From Lepidodermella squamata (lineage: Eukaryota > Animalia > Gastrotricha): a stretch of 64,000 bases of DNA. Both the position numbers and the translations under genes were made by a program. Below, in pieces: positions 60,821 through 64,000 of the stretch. The stretch covers positions 992,001-1,056,000 of the forward strand of contig JBLDXI010000026.1 of the NCBI GenBank assembly GCA_047495785.1. Direction: 5' to 3'. Each line of letters opens with the position of its first letter. The first letter of the stretch is position 1. Below the pieces are notes generated by a model that saw only the letters and a list, made by a program, of their open reading frames with translations, ran no database searches and was not told where the DNA came from.

Positions 60821-62973
60821 ATGGATTCGTTTCGACCCCTTACTTTGACGCTGAAAATTCTGGGTCTATACCCGAGCGCTTTGTCTCATGTGAAAAACTG
60901 CAAAAATGACCCTGAAAATCTTGGCGAAGAATCTGCCCTATTGATATCAATAAAACGATCATTAATCAGGCCATCTGATCACGCATTATTCGGAATTTTC
61001 TACGCCACCTTACTACTCGTTCTATCGTGGTTCAACGCCGCTCGAATTTTCACGCTATTTTTCGTTTTAAAAACAACCTCGCATCACTATGGCCTGACCG
61101 ATGTGCTGTATTTCGGCCTGTTTTGCGCCTTCTACCTTCACGGGGCTGTTGTTCGAACAGCAATTTTCATCGCATGCTTACGCGGCCGATTTCAGCTTAT
61201 CATCGAAGCTTTGAACATCGTGGTGAATAAATCGAAAAATAGCCGGAAAAATCGGCGAAATTTAACTATCGCGACGATTTTTTGCTGGTTGGTTGTAGCC
61301 GCCTTATCATCAACCGCCGCTTCATCTGTCTACTATTTCAAGCCGCAATTCGGATTTATGGCCACTCCGTTGCATTTAACAAGCGTTAATATCGGCGAAA
61401 AATACTGGCCGGCTGTTTCAGGCGCCGTTTTTGTACTCACTTTCATCTCGGATTCGGCGTCCATTTTTTGCAACGCTTTTGTAACACTTGTGACGCTGGT
61501 TTTGGCTGGGGAGTTGAGGCGACTGGCCGGGCATATCGATCCGTTGCATGGGGATTTCAAACAAATGGTTAACGCGCTTGGGTTGGAGGCAAATGCTGAG
61601 GCGGCGAGTAAACGGCAGAGCAGCCAACGGCGAACTTTAAAGAAAGCTGTGATGATTATTCAGCAGCGAAAGAGCGAGGTGAATTTTTTATTTCTTTTTT
61701 AAATTATGATTTCGCAATTTTGCGCAATTATTCGGAAAATGGCGTGGAAACTTGGAAATTTGGGTCATTTGGCTTTTGGGAACTGGGTCATAGGTCATCG
61801 GATAATCGTGAATCGGGGGATCTTGAGCACTTTAGGGTTGAGGATTTTAGAAATATAATCATAAAATTCTTTTGACGAGCTTTTGTTTGACACTAAATCG
61901 ACGATCGATAAAAAATCGACGAATTTTAATTTCGTTTACTTATGGATCCCCGAATACCTTTGCAATCTCGCACATGCTTTTTCTGTTTATGAAGTCAAAT
62001 TTTTTTATCTGGAGCCACTATAAGAATTCAATTTCTGAAGCTCAGCTATAAAATCAGGAAGTTGTCGGAATATTACAAAAATAAATATTAAGAATATTTC
62101 AATATCGAGAATAATCGTAAATAAAAAATAAAATCGAAATTATTATCAGTTTTTAAATTATTTTTTGTTTTATTGGTTCTAATTTTCATTTTTCACAAAA
62201 TTCTACTGATTTCTTGAAATTAAAACATAGGGCCGAAGGCGCAGTAAAGCTGTTGCTCATCGTCAAAGTCTTAGCTCGAATCGAATCGAAGAAATTATAA
62301 CGTCCAATTCATCTCAATCAGACCTCTCAGCCGAACTGGCCCAGAGCCTCATTCACAAATCAGCCTCCCTACCACTCGGTCATTTCACCAAATTTCGAAG
62401 ATCACCTTACAGCGTTCACTTCGATCTTGAGTCTATAAGCATCAAACACGCCCGATTAGCAGCGATCGCTCAAGAGGTCGATTCAAATTCTACGATCGTC
62501 ATATTTTCCGCATTTTTCACCGGATTTTTCTTAATTTTGGTGGTTGCCTATCTTCACGTTATGAGCATCGGCGATACAGGAACAAACATACTTTGCGCTG
62601 CTTGGCTTTCGATTGGAGTTTTGTTGTTATCGATTCACTTAATATCTTCGATCGTTCTCGATTCAGCGGCAGATTCAGTTAAAAGTGCTATCAATTCTTC
62701 ATTAATAAGGCGATTCAAGGCAGTAAAATCGAACCCCGACATGTTTAGCATCATCTCGGCTCGAATCCAATCGCAGCAAATTTGTCTAACCCTGTTAAGA
62801 CTTTGCCGGCTGCGAAAGGAAGCTGTGATTACGGTAAAAATTTTCAAAAATGCCCCGCAATTATATCACCGTTTTTGTTTTTATAGATTATCGCATTTCT
62901 TTTGACCTACTTTTTAGTTTTGGTCGATTACTCATCAGCAGAACGCGAACGGCATGAAGCTATGATTGTTTAA
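60821..62973 (+). CDS. Gustatory receptor-like (GRL/7TMIC) protein, 3 exons
   Basis: N-terminal F.PL...LKILGLYP and multiple TM segments. Exons 60821-61678, 62231-62833 and 62887-62973; the final exon IIAFLLTYFLVLVDY resembles the GR TM7 motif TYhhhhhQF and follows a phase-0 intron. Confidence 0.8.
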
Positions 62974-64000
62974 ATTACGTCATGCGCGCGGGAAAAATTG
63001 CCATATCCATACCCGGCCGTAAATACCGGCCAATAATTTGAAAAATACCGCTTTCAAAATTCCTTAGAGGTCAAATGAGCGATTATCCACTGGGGTCGTC
63101 GTTTTGCCAGGACATCTTTTCGACGGGTCAAGTTCACAGCATGAAGCCAAGTCCACACACAAAACTGAATGCATCGTGAAAATTATTGGCGACCATTTTT
63201 TACAGTGGCTCATATCAATATTCATATAGCTAATAATGAGATAAGCACGGCTTTATACCATTAGTTAACGGCCTTGGCACTTCACGAATAAGCTCAAAAT
63301 TTGCGAATGGGATCGTCAGGCTCTCTAATGATTAAATAAACAATACAAATTGAAAATGTGTGAGTGGCACAGAATCGAACCCAGCAAATCATGTTTTCAC
63401 GCGAAAACCAGTAAAACCTGCAGTGCAAAAAGTAAAAATTAAACAAGGGAACAGATTGCGGCTTTCGAAAGAGCGCGGTCGATTACCCCTCCGCTGTAGC
63501 ATTGGTGGGTGGCATTTTATACAGGTAATTTCGATATTCCGAGATAATATCTCAAAGTTGGAAAAATACGTTTTATCTTCGTTTATCTCGAAAAGTCGTT
63601 TTGTTGACGTAGCACTTTTTTCTGCGCGCATGACGAAATACCATCGATTAAAACTCAGTCATAATTCGGCTAAACTATCATCGATATTTGTGTACCACGG
63701 AAATGAAAATATTAATAAAATGAAAAAAAAACAGATTTTTGACCCCGTTTCACCTCGAGCGTCCCATATCACTCACATTTTCATATCAGAATTCGCACAA
63801 TTTATGATTTTTCTCGAGAAATCGCTCATCTTTCATCGGTCGACTACAACATAGGTAACAGGTTTGCGGAGAGTTTTTTGGGGTTCCATAGGAAATATAT
63901 GCGTTATAAGAAAACTATAATGTGGATAATGTTACCATTTGCTGTCCATTAATCACCATTATCGCTTCTGATTTGCGAAAAATTGCTCAATGATCGTCGT

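Noticed and set aside
63360-63395. B-box-like GGTTCGATTC on the minus strand (tRNA/SINE)
   Set aside because: No A-box or cloverleaf; the overlapping 164-aa ORF also lacks recognisable features.

Overview
Eukaryotic (invertebrate animal) genomic DNA with spliceosomal introns, many of them about 50 bp. There are no prokaryotic operons or CRISPR arrays. Bases 1-16 kb are a gene-poor repeat region: a decayed 28S rDNA fragment, CR1/L2-like and RTE LINE remnants, hAT- and TA-flanked MITEs, a foldback element and minisatellites. Bases 16.5-30.5 kb are a very compact gene block: an intronless GABA-B-type class C GPCR, two paralogous peptide-receptor-like class A GPCRs bracketing two paralogous LDLa-repeat serine proteases, a small secreted 10-Cys peptide and membrane proteins. 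Bases 31.8-63 kb hold an ankyrin-repeat gene (about 20 repeats), a nicotinic receptor alpha subunit with an altered loop C, an F-box/LRR gene, malic enzyme, a divergent nuclear receptor with an unusual P-box, and a gustatory-receptor-like (7TMIC) gene. The most notable theme is a concentration of divergent receptor genes from five families. Gene models were assembled by eye from splice signals and reading frames; no database searches were run and the species cannot be named.
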